The notes: generated from the letters alone by a model not told the origin. A stretch of 64,000 bases of DNA from Brevundimonas sp. (GCF_031412435.1 NZ_JANODA010000083.1:17220-81219); one strand, 5' to 3'. Shown: positions 25,975 to 35,466, counted from the first letter of the stretch. Translations and numbers: made by a program.

Positions 25975-27636
25975 TCAGGCCGCCACGTTCAGGGCCTTGG
26001 GTACAACAGTGCGGGTCCGCAGGACCAGCGCCAGTCGTCGGCCGACGATCTCGCCGATCTCGTGTGAGCTGGTTATCCCCTGCACGAAAGGATGCCGGCC
26101 CATGAGGAAGGGCAGGCTGAGGCAATAGAGCCTGTCTGCGGGGACGGCTTCGGCAACGGGCCGGAAGACGTCATCAACGGCGATCCCCCGGACGGCGTCT
26201 GGATCACTGGCCACCGCGTCCCGAACGATGCCCTGCTCCAGGAGCGACAGGAAAGGGAACTGGATGCCAGGCAGAGCGCGCTGACCCGTCGCCTCGATGA
26301 AGACGGGGTAGTGAGTTGATTGATCGCCGACCATCACACGCACCCCGCCCTCCGGGCAGCGGGTGTCGACGCTGTGTTCGTCGCCGAGCGCGATCACATC
26401 CAGCTTCCCAGCCTTGTGAAGCGCCAGGATCCGCTCAATGGATTCGTGAGGCACGCCGGCATAGACATCGACGAAGATGGGCTTGAACACGCGGTTGAAG
26501 CGTTCGAATTCCGATTGGTCGAGGTGTGGGACGATAACGGCCACCACCTCGTGCATGCGAAGGATCGCGTCGCGCCACGCCACCGTCACCCTGGCGGCGT
26601 GGTTCGCTCGCGCCTCTTGCAGATTGGCGGCGGCCCACGCGAACGGGTCGGTCGTCGCACGCGTCGCAAAATAGGCGTCCCCGAACTGTTCGAGCGTCGC
26701 CTCAGCCAGACCGGTTTCCCGCGCATAGTCCGGATCCAGGTTCGTCAGTTCGCACCTGAACAGATCGAACACCGCGTCCAGCAAACTGTCTCGCCTCTGA
26801 CCTAGCAGTTCTTCCACGGCCTCGGGCGTGCAGATCGCCAACGGTGCATGCGGCAGAGGGAAGTAGAAGTCGGCCTCCGGCAGGAGCCCCTTTCGCGACA
26901 TCATGGTCATGTGGAAACCCTCGGTGTCGGCGCCCGCCTGGTAGATCAGACCGTCCTCGCTTCGCATGAACTGGCCGTGGGTTGCGGCCAGGGCGACCGC
27001 CGTGTCGATCGCCGTCAATGAAGATCCCCGGATGCCGATCTCGGTAGCCGGAACGGTCGCGAGCGTCGCTGCCGGCCAAGGACTGAGGAAGTAGCCCGGG
27101 CGGACCTGCTGTTGCGACGGCCACTGATGCCCCGTGGCCAGAACCACGTGATCAAATGTCTGCGTACGCGTCCCGCCCTGCGGGGGCGAAACCCACGTCA
27201 GCTCCATCCCGAAGGACTTGTTCGCGGCATCGACGACGCGGCAGCCCAACCGAACGTCGAGGGTGTTCCCGGAGGCACGAACCCGCTGGGCCAAAGCGTC
27301 GAACTGACTTTCGAAATAGCGACCCAGCACGACGCGTGGGACAAAGGTCCGTTCGTCGACGTCCGCCGGGTTGACCCCCATGGCTTCAAGCTGGGAGTTC
27401 GTCTGCGACATGAGCCACTGGATCAGCGTCTCCGCCACGGGTGGGATCTCGATGCTGGCGATGTTTGACAGCATGGCGGGGTCATTCCAGCCGGGCGTGT
27501 AGGGGCTTCCTGAGCCGGCATGCGCCTTGGCCTCAAACACGGTGATTCTTGCGTTTTTCACGCCGCGCGTCAGCAGAGCGTTCAAGGCGTAAAGTGTTGT
27601 CGGTCCAGCTCCGACGAATGCGATCGATGGCGTCAT
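25975..27636 (-). CDS. FAD/NAD(P)-binding protein (PF13454-like)
   Basis: N-terminal Rossmann motif IAFVGAGPTTLYAL. 553 aa, directly upstream of the DUF1543 gene. Confidence 0.7.
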   Translation of the reverse strand: MTPSIAFVGAGPTTLYALNALLTRGVKNARITVFEAKAHAGSGSPYTPGWNDPAMLSNIASIEIPPVAETLIQWLMSQTNSQLEAMGVNPADVDERTFVPRVVLGRYFESQFDALAQRVRASGNTLDVRLGCRVVDAANKSFGMELTWVSPPQGGTRTQTFDHVVLATGHQWPSQQQVRPGYFLSPWPAATLATVPATEIGIRGSSLTAIDTAVALAATHGQFMRSEDGLIYQAGADTEGFHMTMMSRKGLLPEADFYFPLPHAPLAICTPEAVEELLGQRRDSLLDAVFDLFRCELTNLDPDYARETGLAEATLEQFGDAYFATRATTDPFAWAAANLQEARANHAARVTVAWRDAILRMHEVVAVIVPHLDQSEFERFNRVFKPIFVDVYAGVPHESIERILALHKAGKLDVIALGDEHSVDTRCPEGGVRVMVGDQSTHYPVFIEATGQRALPGIQFPFLSLLEQGIVRDAVASDPDAVRGIAVDDVFRPVAEAVPADRLYCLSLPFLMGRHPFVQGITSSHEIGEIVGRRLALVLRTRTVVPKALNVAA

Positions 27637-28393
27637 TTCCCCTGAATGCGCGACGCGCGCAAAGGCGCCGCAACCCGGTAATTTTCACGCAATGTCAGGG
27701 GCATCGGCGCCTGCAGAGTCCAACACCCGACTCCCGTGCTGTCCTGGCGAAACTGAAAAGGCGCCGGTGGACCCCTTCGCCCTGGGTAGAGCTTGAACAG
27801 GCCTCCCCTGGGCTCGGACTGTCCGCCAACCACCCGAAAGACCTTTAGCGGGTCCGCTTTCCGGCGGACCCGCCGCGGGCTGGAGAGAGATGACCGGGCG
27901 CACGCGTGTCTTGATAAAAGCGGTCGGCCTTCAAGGTACGCAACACGTCGAAGCCATCGCCGCTCCTGACACTTACGGGCCGTTGGCAACGTCCGCTGGC
28001 GGGACAGGCTCCGACGTTTGCACGAGGTTACACCGGAACTCTCAAGGTGTGCCCATCCATGCCGCAGATCGGCAGCTTCGACCACGGCCGCCGGGGGCCT
28101 GCGATGACGGATGCCGGAGCAGCGCAGTCTGGCTCCGTTTCCAAACCACCCGTGGGTTAGCCGCGGCTCAATGGCTGGCCTTCAGGCAGGCAAGACCAAG
28201 ACAGCCCCGCTGTTTCGGGTGGCGGATAGATAAATCACGCCGCTATATGGACACAGGCCGGTCAAAGTTTGCTAGTTTTGCATCCAAGAGCGAACGATAA
28301 TGCGCACTATACTTGTAGTGAAGCTTTATTTTGTCGGAACCAACGACGCAGGAGAGGGCTAACGACGCCTGTATCAGTGTTCGGAGTCGTTTT

Positions 28394-29566
28394 TTGCGTG
28401 TCTTGTCGGTGTTCGGAACTCGTCCTGAGTCCATAAAGATGGCTCCGGTCGTCAAGGCGCTCTCCCGGGAGCCGGGTATTGACAGCCAAGTCTGCATCAC
28501 CGGGCAGCACCGCGAGATGATCGCTCCGGTCCTCGAACTCTTCGACATCGTTCCTGATTACGACCTGGCGATCATGTCGGCCGACCAGTCGCTTAACGGT
28601 ATCGTCAGCCGCGTCATCGGCGAACTGGATGAGGTGCTCGAGCGCGCGAAACCGGATCGGATCCTGGTCCATGGCGACACCGCGACGGCGATGGCGGCCG
28701 CGCTCGCCGGCTTCCAGCGGAAAATACCGGTGGCCCACGTCGAGGCAGGTCTGCGCACCTACGACCTGACCAGCCCCTGGCCCGAGGAGATGAATCGCCG
28801 GGTCGTCGACCTGACGTCAGACCTGCTGTTCGCCCCTACACGGCTGTCGAGGGACAATCTGACCCGCGAACGTCTGTCCGGGCGGGTGGTCGTGACCGGC
28901 AACACGGTCATCGACGCCTTGCGGATGGTCACAGCCATGCTGGATCGTTCGCCGCAGCTGCGCGCTCGCCTGGACGGTCAGCACCCCGAGATCCGTGCAG
29001 GCCGACGGATGGTGCTGGTGACCGGCCATCGCCGCGAGAACTTCGGTGACGGAGTGCGCGGCATCTGTGCGGCCCTGATCGCCCTGTCGGAGCGTTCGGA
29101 TATCGACATCGTGTATCCGGTTCACCTGAATCCGAACGTGCGCGGACCGGTGACCGAGCTGCTGGCGGGTCGCCGCAACATCCACTTGATCCCGCCGCAG
29201 AGCTATCTCGGCTTTGTCCGGCTGATGCAGCGCGCCCACGTCATCCTGACCGACTCCGGCGGGGTTCAGGAGGAGGCTCCGTCCCTCGGCAAGCCCGTCC
29301 TGGTCATGCGCGATGTCACGGAGCGTCCCGAGGCCCTTCAGGCGGGCACCGCCCGGCTGGTCGGCACCGACGCGGCGCGGATCACCCAGGAGGTGGGTCA
29401 GTTGCTCGACGACGAGGGCGCTTATCGCGCCGTGTCCCGGCTCGCCAACCCCTATGGCGACGGCCACGCCGCCGACCGCATCGTCTCCGTCCTCATGGGG
29501 CGGACGATCCGCGAGTTCACGAGCGAGACGGCGTCCGAGCCCCTTCCGCTCGCCGCCAACGCCTGA
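28394..29566 (+). CDS. wecB: UDP-N-acetylglucosamine 2-epimerase (non-hydrolysing, WecB/MnaA type)
   Basis: (M)RVLSVFGTRPESIKMAPV..., HGDTATAMAAALAG, HVEAGLRT, TDSGGVQEEAP. TTG 28394 is preceded by GGAG. The track's ORF starts at TTG 28331. Confidence 0.9.
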   Translation: MRVLSVFGTRPESIKMAPVVKALSREPGIDSQVCITGQHREMIAPVLELFDIVPDYDLAIMSADQSLNGIVSRVIGELDEVLERAKPDRILVHGDTATAMAAALAGFQRKIPVAHVEAGLRTYDLTSPWPEEMNRRVVDLTSDLLFAPTRLSRDNLTRERLSGRVVVTGNTVIDALRMVTAMLDRSPQLRARLDGQHPEIRAGRRMVLVTGHRRENFGDGVRGICAALIALSERSDIDIVYPVHLNPNVRGPVTELLAGRRNIHLIPPQSYLGFVRLMQRAHVILTDSGGVQEEAPSLGKPVLVMRDVTERPEALQAGTARLVGTDAARITQEVGQLLDDEGAYRAVSRLANPYGDGHAADRIVSVLMGRTIREFTSETASEPLPLAANA

Positions 29567-29574
29567 TCGACATC

Positions 29575-31701
29575 ATGTTCACCACCCTTTCGGCCGAGTG
29601 GATCGGCTTCCTGCAGACCTATGCGACCACGCTTCAGATCATGGCGATCGTGACGGTCGTCCTGATCGCCGTCTCTTCGTTCGACGACCTTGTGGTTGAC
29701 GCCTGCTTCTGGACCCGGGCGCTCTATCGCAAGCTTTTCATCCGGCCTCGCCACGACCGGCTGACCCCGGCCGAACTGGGGGGCCGGCCAGAGCAGCGTC
29801 TGGCCATCATGGTGCCGGCCTGGCGGGAGTTCGACGTCATCGAGGTGATGGTCGAGAACGCCGTGCGGTCGTTCGACTACGATAACTACGTCATCTTCAT
29901 CGGCACCTATGCCAATGACCCCGAGACCCGGTCGCTGGTTCGCCGCCTGGCCAAGCGACACGGTCGTGTCGTCGGCGTCGACCTGGCCCAGAACGGGCCG
30001 ACCTCCAAGGCCGACTGCCTGAACGGCATCGTCCGGGCCATCTTCCAGATGGAAAAGACCACCGGCCAGACCTTCGCCGGCATGATCCTGCACGACTGCG
30101 AAGACGTGGTTCACCCGCTGGAGCTGAAGTTCTTCAACTATCTGCTGCCGCGCAAGGACCTGATCCAGATCCCGGTGGTCTCGCTGGAGCGCGGCTACGG
30201 CGAGTTTGTCGCCGGCACCTACATGGACGAGTTCGCCGAGTGGCACGGCAAGGATCTGGTGGTCCGCGAGGCGGTCGCTCGCGCCGTACCGTCGGCCGGG
30301 GTCGGCACCTGCCTGTCGCACGCGGCCATGGCCACACTGGCCGAGGACCATATGGAGCCGTTCAACATCTACAGCCTGACCGAGGATTACGACATCGCCG
30401 CCCGTCTGGCGAAGGCGGGCCTGTCGTCGATCATCGCCGTCTATCCGGTCAACTACCGCGTCAATCGTCGCTCCTGGCTGGGTCTGGGGCCATCGCGCAC
30501 TGTGTCCCTGCGCATGCCGTTGTGCGTGCGCGAATATTTCCCCAATACCTTCCGCTCGGCCTACCGCCAGAAGGCGCGCTGGACTCTCGGCATCTCGATC
30601 CAGGGCTGGGCCCAGCTGGGCTGGAGCAAGTCGCCCAAGGCCAACTACTTCCTGTTCCGCGACCGCAAGGCGCTGTTCACCCCCAGCCTCGCTTTGGCCG
30701 GCTATTTCATCGTCATCAACTACTTCCTGCTGGAGCTGTTGGGCCTGGTGGAGGCGGGCGAACTGGCGCCGATCTTCCCGGACTATCGCTGGATCACCGT
30801 CCTGCTGGCTTTCAATCTGCTGGCGCTGGTGCTGCGCGTCGTGCAGCGCGCCTGGTTCGTCGGCCGCATCTACGGCGGCGTACACGCCGTCCTGTCCTTC
30901 CCCCGTATGGTCGTCGGCAGCGTCATCAACTTCGCTGCCTCGATCCGCGCCATCCGACTGTATGTCTCGCATCTGGTATTCCGGACGCCAATCACCTGGG
31001 ACAAGACCGCCCACCAGTTCCCCACGGACGCGGCCCTGGCGCAGGACCGCCGGCAACTGGGCGCGATCCTGCTGAGCTGGCGTGCGGTGACCGAGGCCGA
31101 ACTTCAGGACGCCCTGGCCGAACAGGCGCTCAGGCCGCAGCGGCTGGGCCGCATCCTGCTCGCCAGGGGACTGCTGGATGACGAGACGCTTGCCGAAGCC
31201 ATGTCGGTCCAGACCGCCTTGCCGCGGGCCGAAATCACGGCGGCCGGGGTCGACGCTCACAGCGACGGCCTGTCGAAACGGCTCTGCATCGAGTTGCGAG
31301 CCATTCCGGTCGGGCAGCAACCCAACGGCGCGCCCGTGCTGGCTGTGTCGGGTCCGTTCAGCGCCGAGGAGGAGGCCAGGATCTCCGCCGCCTTTGACGC
31401 GCCCGTCACACTCGTCGTGGCCCGTGAGAGTGAAATCGTGGCCGGCCTGCGACGGCTTGGCGGCGACGCCGAAGCCTTCGATCAGACTGCGTCGGCGCCC
31501 CTGCTGGGCGACATGTTGATCGGCGACGGGCACATCGCTGCCGACGATCTGGAGCGCGTGCTTCAGGGATACCACCCCGATCGCGACGGAAGGCTTGGCG
31601 AATATCTCGTCCACACGCGTTCCATCTCCACCGAGGCCCTCGCCTCGACCCTCAGCGCGCAGCGCGCGGCTCTGGCCGCCGCCCGGATACAAGCCGCATG
31701 A
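29575..31701 (+). CDS. NfrB-like processive family-2 glycosyltransferase with C-terminal MshEN-type (c-di-GMP-binding) domains
   Basis: N-terminal TM segment, GT2 core (HDCEDVVHP, TEDYDIA, YRQKARW = QxxRW), further TM helices, then tandem RLGxxLLxxGxLxxxxLxxAxxxQ motifs. Confidence 0.8.
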   Translation: MFTTLSAEWIGFLQTYATTLQIMAIVTVVLIAVSSFDDLVVDACFWTRALYRKLFIRPRHDRLTPAELGGRPEQRLAIMVPAWREFDVIEVMVENAVRSFDYDNYVIFIGTYANDPETRSLVRRLAKRHGRVVGVDLAQNGPTSKADCLNGIVRAIFQMEKTTGQTFAGMILHDCEDVVHPLELKFFNYLLPRKDLIQIPVVSLERGYGEFVAGTYMDEFAEWHGKDLVVREAVARAVPSAGVGTCLSHAAMATLAEDHMEPFNIYSLTEDYDIAARLAKAGLSSIIAVYPVNYRVNRRSWLGLGPSRTVSLRMPLCVREYFPNTFRSAYRQKARWTLGISIQGWAQLGWSKSPKANYFLFRDRKALFTPSLALAGYFIVINYFLLELLGLVEAGELAPIFPDYRWITVLLAFNLLALVLRVVQRAWFVGRIYGGVHAVLSFPRMVVGSVINFAASIRAIRLYVSHLVFRTPITWDKTAHQFPTDAALAQDRRQLGAILLSWRAVTEAELQDALAEQALRPQRLGRILLARGLLDDETLAEAMSVQTALPRAEITAAGVDAHSDGLSKRLCIELRAIPVGQQPNGAPVLAVSGPFSAEEEARISAAFDAPVTLVVARESEIVAGLRRLGGDAEAFDQTASAPLLGDMLIGDGHIAADDLERVLQGYHPDRDGRLGEYLVHTRSISTEALASTLSAQRAALAAARIQAA
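31054..31212 (+). other. Tandem 24-residue MshEN motifs with a 5-residue spacer (inside the nfrB-like CDS); a second, looser pair lies at 31501-31662
   Basis: QLGAILLSWRAVTEAELQDALAEQ-ALRPQ-RLGRILLARGLLDDETLAEAMSVQ. Second pair: LLGDMLIGDGHIAADDLERVLQG / RLGEYLVHTRSISTEALASTLSAQ. Confidence 0.6.
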
Positions 31702-33236
31702 TCATCGCCCTCTTCGATCACCGCCAGAACGCGGTCGCCCGGCCCCTGATGTCGGCGGCCGTGGCCGCGACCTTGGCGCTGGCATCGCCCGCCCACGCGC
31801 AAACCGTGGTTGCTCCTTCGTCTGCACCTGTCCAGACGGCCGGGCCTGGCTATGCGTCCGCTACGATGGCCTTCGCAGCCCTGGAGCGGCGGGACTATGC
31901 CGCTGCCGCTGCTGCGGCGTCCGAGGCGGTCCGGCTTGAGCCCGGCAACCGGAGCTATCGCCTGGGTCTGACCGATGCCCTGATTGGAGCTGGTCAGGCG
32001 CAGGCCGCCCTGACCGCACTGGAGCCGATCCGGCAGGACCCGTCGTTCGAGGTCCAGTCCCGGCTGGGTTCGGCGCTGTCAGAGCTTGACCAGCACGCTG
32101 CCGCGGCCGCCGCGTTCGGCGCTGCCGGCGTGGCGGCTCCCTCCGCCGACACTCGCGCCTACGCCACCCGGGCGCGTGTGCTGGCCCTGATCGAGAGCGA
32201 GACTAGGGACCAGGCACGGTCCGAATACCTCGCCGCGCTTCAGGCCGGGACGCTGGAGGGCTCAAGCCCCATGGACATGGCTGTGCTTGCCGTCGCGGTC
32301 GGCGAGGACGGGGTGGCCCAGCCCTTCTATGTCGAGGCCGATACCGCGGGCCTGTTGTCCGGCAGCGCGGCCTTGGATGCCGGATACAGCGCGCGTCGCG
32401 CCCACGAAGACCAGGCCGCCATCGCCTATTTCTCGCGCGGGATCGACGATGCGGCGACCGGAACGCCGGAGCTGACGCCCCGGGCCCTGTTCGACGTCCG
32501 ACGCGACGTGGCCAATCTGGACCGAAGCTGGGGAGCTTCGGGATCGATCAGCTACGGCGCCTCAAGCGCGGCCAGCGGCATCCCTACCTCGCCCGGCACG
32601 AGCGACAGCCTTCAGGCCGGGGTCGACGTCTACCGACGTCTGGGCGGATACCGGGCCGGGGCTCCGATCGACGTCTTCGCGCGGGTGTTTGAGACGGTGG
32701 ACGCCGATATCGGCGCGACCGGCGCGGACTCGCGCCAAGGCTGGATCGGCGCCCGGTGGAAACCCCTTGCTGACACCAATCTGGTGCTTGAGGGCAGTCG
32801 GATGGTCAAGCTGGGCGACGCCGCCCGCAACGACTGGATGGTGCGCGCCCTCTACTCCCTCGAACAGGGCACGGACATGACGATCGACCAGCGCAACTGG
32901 CCGATGTGGCGTCTGTATGCGGACACGTCCTACGTCATCGATGACCAGCAGACGTTTGGCGTGATCGACGCCCGCGCCGGTCGCAGCTTCGCGCTGGGCG
33001 CCGACAATCGCACCATCGTGTCCGTGTTCGGCGGCATTGGCATGAATTACGACAGCGCCCTCGACAACGCGGAGGCCGTCGGCGCGGGACCGGGCGTGTC
33101 ACTGCGTCGCTGGTTCCGGGAGGCGAAATACGCCGCCCCGCGATCCTTCGTCGACCTGACCCTGGAGTACCGTTTCCGCCTCGCCGGCGATGAGCGCGCC
33201 GAAGGGCTCTTCGCAACCTTCAGCGTGAGTTATTGA
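31698..33236 (+). CDS. NfrA-like outer-membrane protein (TPR-like N-terminal region and C-terminal beta-barrel-like domain)
   Basis: ATGA overlap with the nfrB-like gene. Signal-like ...AATLALASPAHAQ, Ala-rich TPR-like repeats, and a C-terminus ...FATFSVSY (aromatic OMP terminus). Much shorter than E. coli NfrA. Confidence 0.55.
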   Translation: MIIALFDHRQNAVARPLMSAAVAATLALASPAHAQTVVAPSSAPVQTAGPGYASATMAFAALERRDYAAAAAAASEAVRLEPGNRSYRLGLTDALIGAGQAQAALTALEPIRQDPSFEVQSRLGSALSELDQHAAAAAAFGAAGVAAPSADTRAYATRARVLALIESETRDQARSEYLAALQAGTLEGSSPMDMAVLAVAVGEDGVAQPFYVEADTAGLLSGSAALDAGYSARRAHEDQAAIAYFSRGIDDAATGTPELTPRALFDVRRDVANLDRSWGASGSISYGASSAASGIPTSPGTSDSLQAGVDVYRRLGGYRAGAPIDVFARVFETVDADIGATGADSRQGWIGARWKPLADTNLVLEGSRMVKLGDAARNDWMVRALYSLEQGTDMTIDQRNWPMWRLYADTSYVIDDQQTFGVIDARAGRSFALGADNRTIVSVFGGIGMNYDSALDNAEAVGAGPGVSLRRWFREAKYAAPRSFVDLTLEYRFRLAGDERAEGLFATFSVSY

Positions 33237-33271
33237 CGCCCCGATGGGCCAGAGCCTGCTGGAATAGCGGC

Positions 33272-34096
33272 ATGCGCTCCGCCGTGCTCCTGATGGCGGC
33301 CGGTGGTCTGGTGGGCTGCGCCAGCCAGCGCCCTCTGCCGCCCGTCACCGGCATCGTCTGGCAGGTCGATCACGCCACCTCTGACCCCGTCGGTCAGTGG
33401 GATCGGTTGGGTGCGCGCGAGCTGCTGGTCCAGTGGATGGTGGTCGATGACGCCGTCTTCCTGCCCGGCGCGCCCGGGCACGCGGCGGGCCAGGGCCCTG
33501 ATTGGACCCGCATCGCCTCAGAGCCCTGGGCCACCCGGGTGATCGTCGGTCTGGTGGGGCGGTCCGGTGAGCGCGAGGCGCGTGCGGATGTCGCCGGGCT
33601 GGCTCTTCGATCCGCTGAACTGGCGCGCCGGCCGATGCCTGTGGCCGTCTCGGGCTGGTATTTTCCGGTCGAGGTTGATCCGTCCTGGCAAGGCGCCGCG
33701 ACGCTGGGCCCGCTGCTGGAGGACCTTCCAACACCATTGTGGCTCAGCGTCTACGACCGACAGAACATCGGGCCGGAAGCCTTCGCGGACTGGCTCGAGA
33801 CCTGGGTTCCGCGAAATGTCGGGATCCTGCTTCAGGATGGCGTCGGCGAGCATGTGAGAAGTCCTGCCGTCGCGCGTGCGTATTTCGACGCCATGGAGCA
33901 GCGACTTGGCCGGGAGCGGGTCGGACTGATCGCCGAGGCCTTCCGCCCTGACGGCAACGGGCGGTTCCGCAGCGCGACCGCCCACGAGCTGCGGGGGCAG
34001 CTTGGCCATTATCAGGACGTCCGGCTCTATCTGTTCGACGGGCCGCACTATCTGTCGGACGCGGTCGTGGAGCAGCTGGTCCAGCAGAGCGATTGA
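33272..34096 (+). CDS. Lipoprotein of unknown function (positional equivalent of ybcH in the nfr operon; homology not verified)
   Basis: MRSAVLLMAAGGLVGCAS lipobox. ~275 aa, last gene of the cluster. Confidence 0.5.
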   Translation: MRSAVLLMAAGGLVGCASQRPLPPVTGIVWQVDHATSDPVGQWDRLGARELLVQWMVVDDAVFLPGAPGHAAGQGPDWTRIASEPWATRVIVGLVGRSGEREARADVAGLALRSAELARRPMPVAVSGWYFPVEVDPSWQGAATLGPLLEDLPTPLWLSVYDRQNIGPEAFADWLETWVPRNVGILLQDGVGEHVRSPAVARAYFDAMEQRLGRERVGLIAEAFRPDGNGRFRSATAHELRGQLGHYQDVRLYLFDGPHYLSDAVVEQLVQQSD

Positions 34097-34167
34097 TAGC
34101 CTCTGGAGCGTAGTCGTCCAGTAAGAGACGCACGCTGCCCCCCAATCCGCAGCACCCGTTCGTCGCA

Positions 34168-34983
34168 GTGCTGTCAGGTTAACCGCGCCAGGTTGAGAAG
34201 CGCCCTCCCCTGCTTTCCGTCAGGTCGTCGCAGCCGCCCATGCGGCTGCCGCGCCGCTGCGGAAGCGACGAAGGGTTGGCCGGCTGATGAGATGTCTCTG
34301 GGTGTAGAACGTGTTGTAGATCGCCGCATGGGTGGTGAGGAAACGTTGGGCTGAGCCTTGGCTTTTGAAGAGCCGCTGCTGCCTCTCCCGTCTTCGGATC
34401 GGAAGATGAGAGTTCTCCGCCCGATTGTTCTCTCGGAGCCGGCCTGGTCGATGAAGATGGCGCAGCTCGAGCTGATCCAGGGCCGCGACGTAGGAGCCGA
34501 GCCCATCCGTCGTGATGAGTTGAGGCTCCACAGGCTGATTTCGGAGTAGGCGTCGAAGCAGCTTCAGGGCGGCTTCCGTGTCCCGCCGGTGCTGGACGAC
34601 GAGGTCCAGAACCTCGCCTTCGTCATCGACTGCTCGCCACAGATACATGCGCTTTCCGCCGATCCGGCAGCCCATCTCATCGAGATGCCATCGAGGCGAT
34701 GGGGCCGGCCGACGCCGCTTCAGCCGCCGTGCGATCTGGGGACCGAACTTGACCGTCCAGCACCGGATCGTCTCGTAGCTCACGTCGACACCGCGAGCCG
34801 CCAGGAGCTCCTCAACGTCGCGCAGGCTGAGACTGAAGCGGACGTAGAGCCACACGGCCTGGCGGATCGCCTCCGGCGGAAAGCGGTGGCGCTTGAACGA
34901 TAGCGGCGTCACGGAAACTCACGCACAATCAGCCGGTTACAACGGCCTTCAGTGGAGACAAGTTAGCGTTAGACTGACAGCAC
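34168..34983 (-). mobile_element. IS6-family insertion sequence, copy 1 (~816 bp)
   Basis: Terminal inverted repeats GTGCTGTCAGGTTAAC (34168-) and the complement of GTGCTGTCAGTCTAAC (-34983) flank a single intact transposase gene. Confidence 0.85.
34220..34912 (-). CDS. tnp: IS6-family (IS26-like) DDE transposase
   Basis: 230 aa, GTG start. ...VSYETIRCWTVKFGP...WHLDEM...GKRMYLWRAVDDEGEVLD...ITTDGLGSY...NNRAENSH... are typical IS6 signatures. Confidence 0.9.
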   Translation of the reverse strand: MTPLSFKRHRFPPEAIRQAVWLYVRFSLSLRDVEELLAARGVDVSYETIRCWTVKFGPQIARRLKRRRPAPSPRWHLDEMGCRIGGKRMYLWRAVDDEGEVLDLVVQHRRDTEAALKLLRRLLRNQPVEPQLITTDGLGSYVAALDQLELRHLHRPGRLRENNRAENSHLPIRRRERQQRLFKSQGSAQRFLTTHAAIYNTFYTQRHLISRPTLRRFRSGAAAAWAAATT

Positions 34984-35430
34984 CCCCCACGGTGGGAGGC
35001 GGCGGGTTTGTCAACGCGTGAGCAACTCCGCCACGCATTGCCGAAGCGACAAGCGGCGCCACCGCAATCCCGACCACCACCAGACCGGCGAACCACAAGC
35101 GGTTGAGCTCGGTCCATGGCGCACGGTCCATGGTGTTTATCCACGCCAGAAGATTCAGCGCCGCCCCAACGATGGTGATGGGCCAGGCCTGCATCAGGCC
35201 GTTCGCCACCGAACGGTAGGGATGCGTCCGCGAGAACAGGGCGGTCAGGAACAAGGGGACGGCTATGATCAGCTCCCCGACCTTGTGTTGACCGTCGCGT
35301 CGGAAATGATCGCGACCGGGCCGCCGGGTGCAGCCTCGAGGACCGCAAGGTAGAGCATCCACCCCAGCAAACCCCCCGCCACCACGCCGACCACGGCCAT
35401 GAACCCGAAGTTGATCTCTGTCTTGGTCAT
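34949..35430 (-). pseudogene. Possible disrupted membrane-protein gene (frameshift, with the 3' end running into the IS6 terminus)
   Basis: ATG 35428-35430 gives MTKTEINFGFMAVVGVVAGGLLGWMLYLAVL... (53 aa, then a stop). The hydrophobic continuation (VGELIIAVPLFLTALF...GLVVVGIAVAPLVA) is in another frame and reads into the IS6 inverted repeat. Confidence 0.3.
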
Positions 35431-35466
35431 TCATCCCCCGCGATACTTAGGGGAGCACACCGGAAA

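Noticed and set aside
27848-27873. GC hairpin gcgggtccgc-tttccg-gcggacccgc as an intrinsic terminator.
   Set aside because: There is no T-run on either strand and no gene ends nearby. It is kept only as part of the unexplained spacer.
34160-34991. 8-bp target-site duplications flanking the IS6 copies or the composite.
   Set aside because: The flanks read by eye (tcgtcgca, cccccacg, gctgcgtg, ctctgctt) do not match in direct or reverse-complement combinations. IR end positions are uncertain by 1-2 nt, so this should be rechecked computationally.
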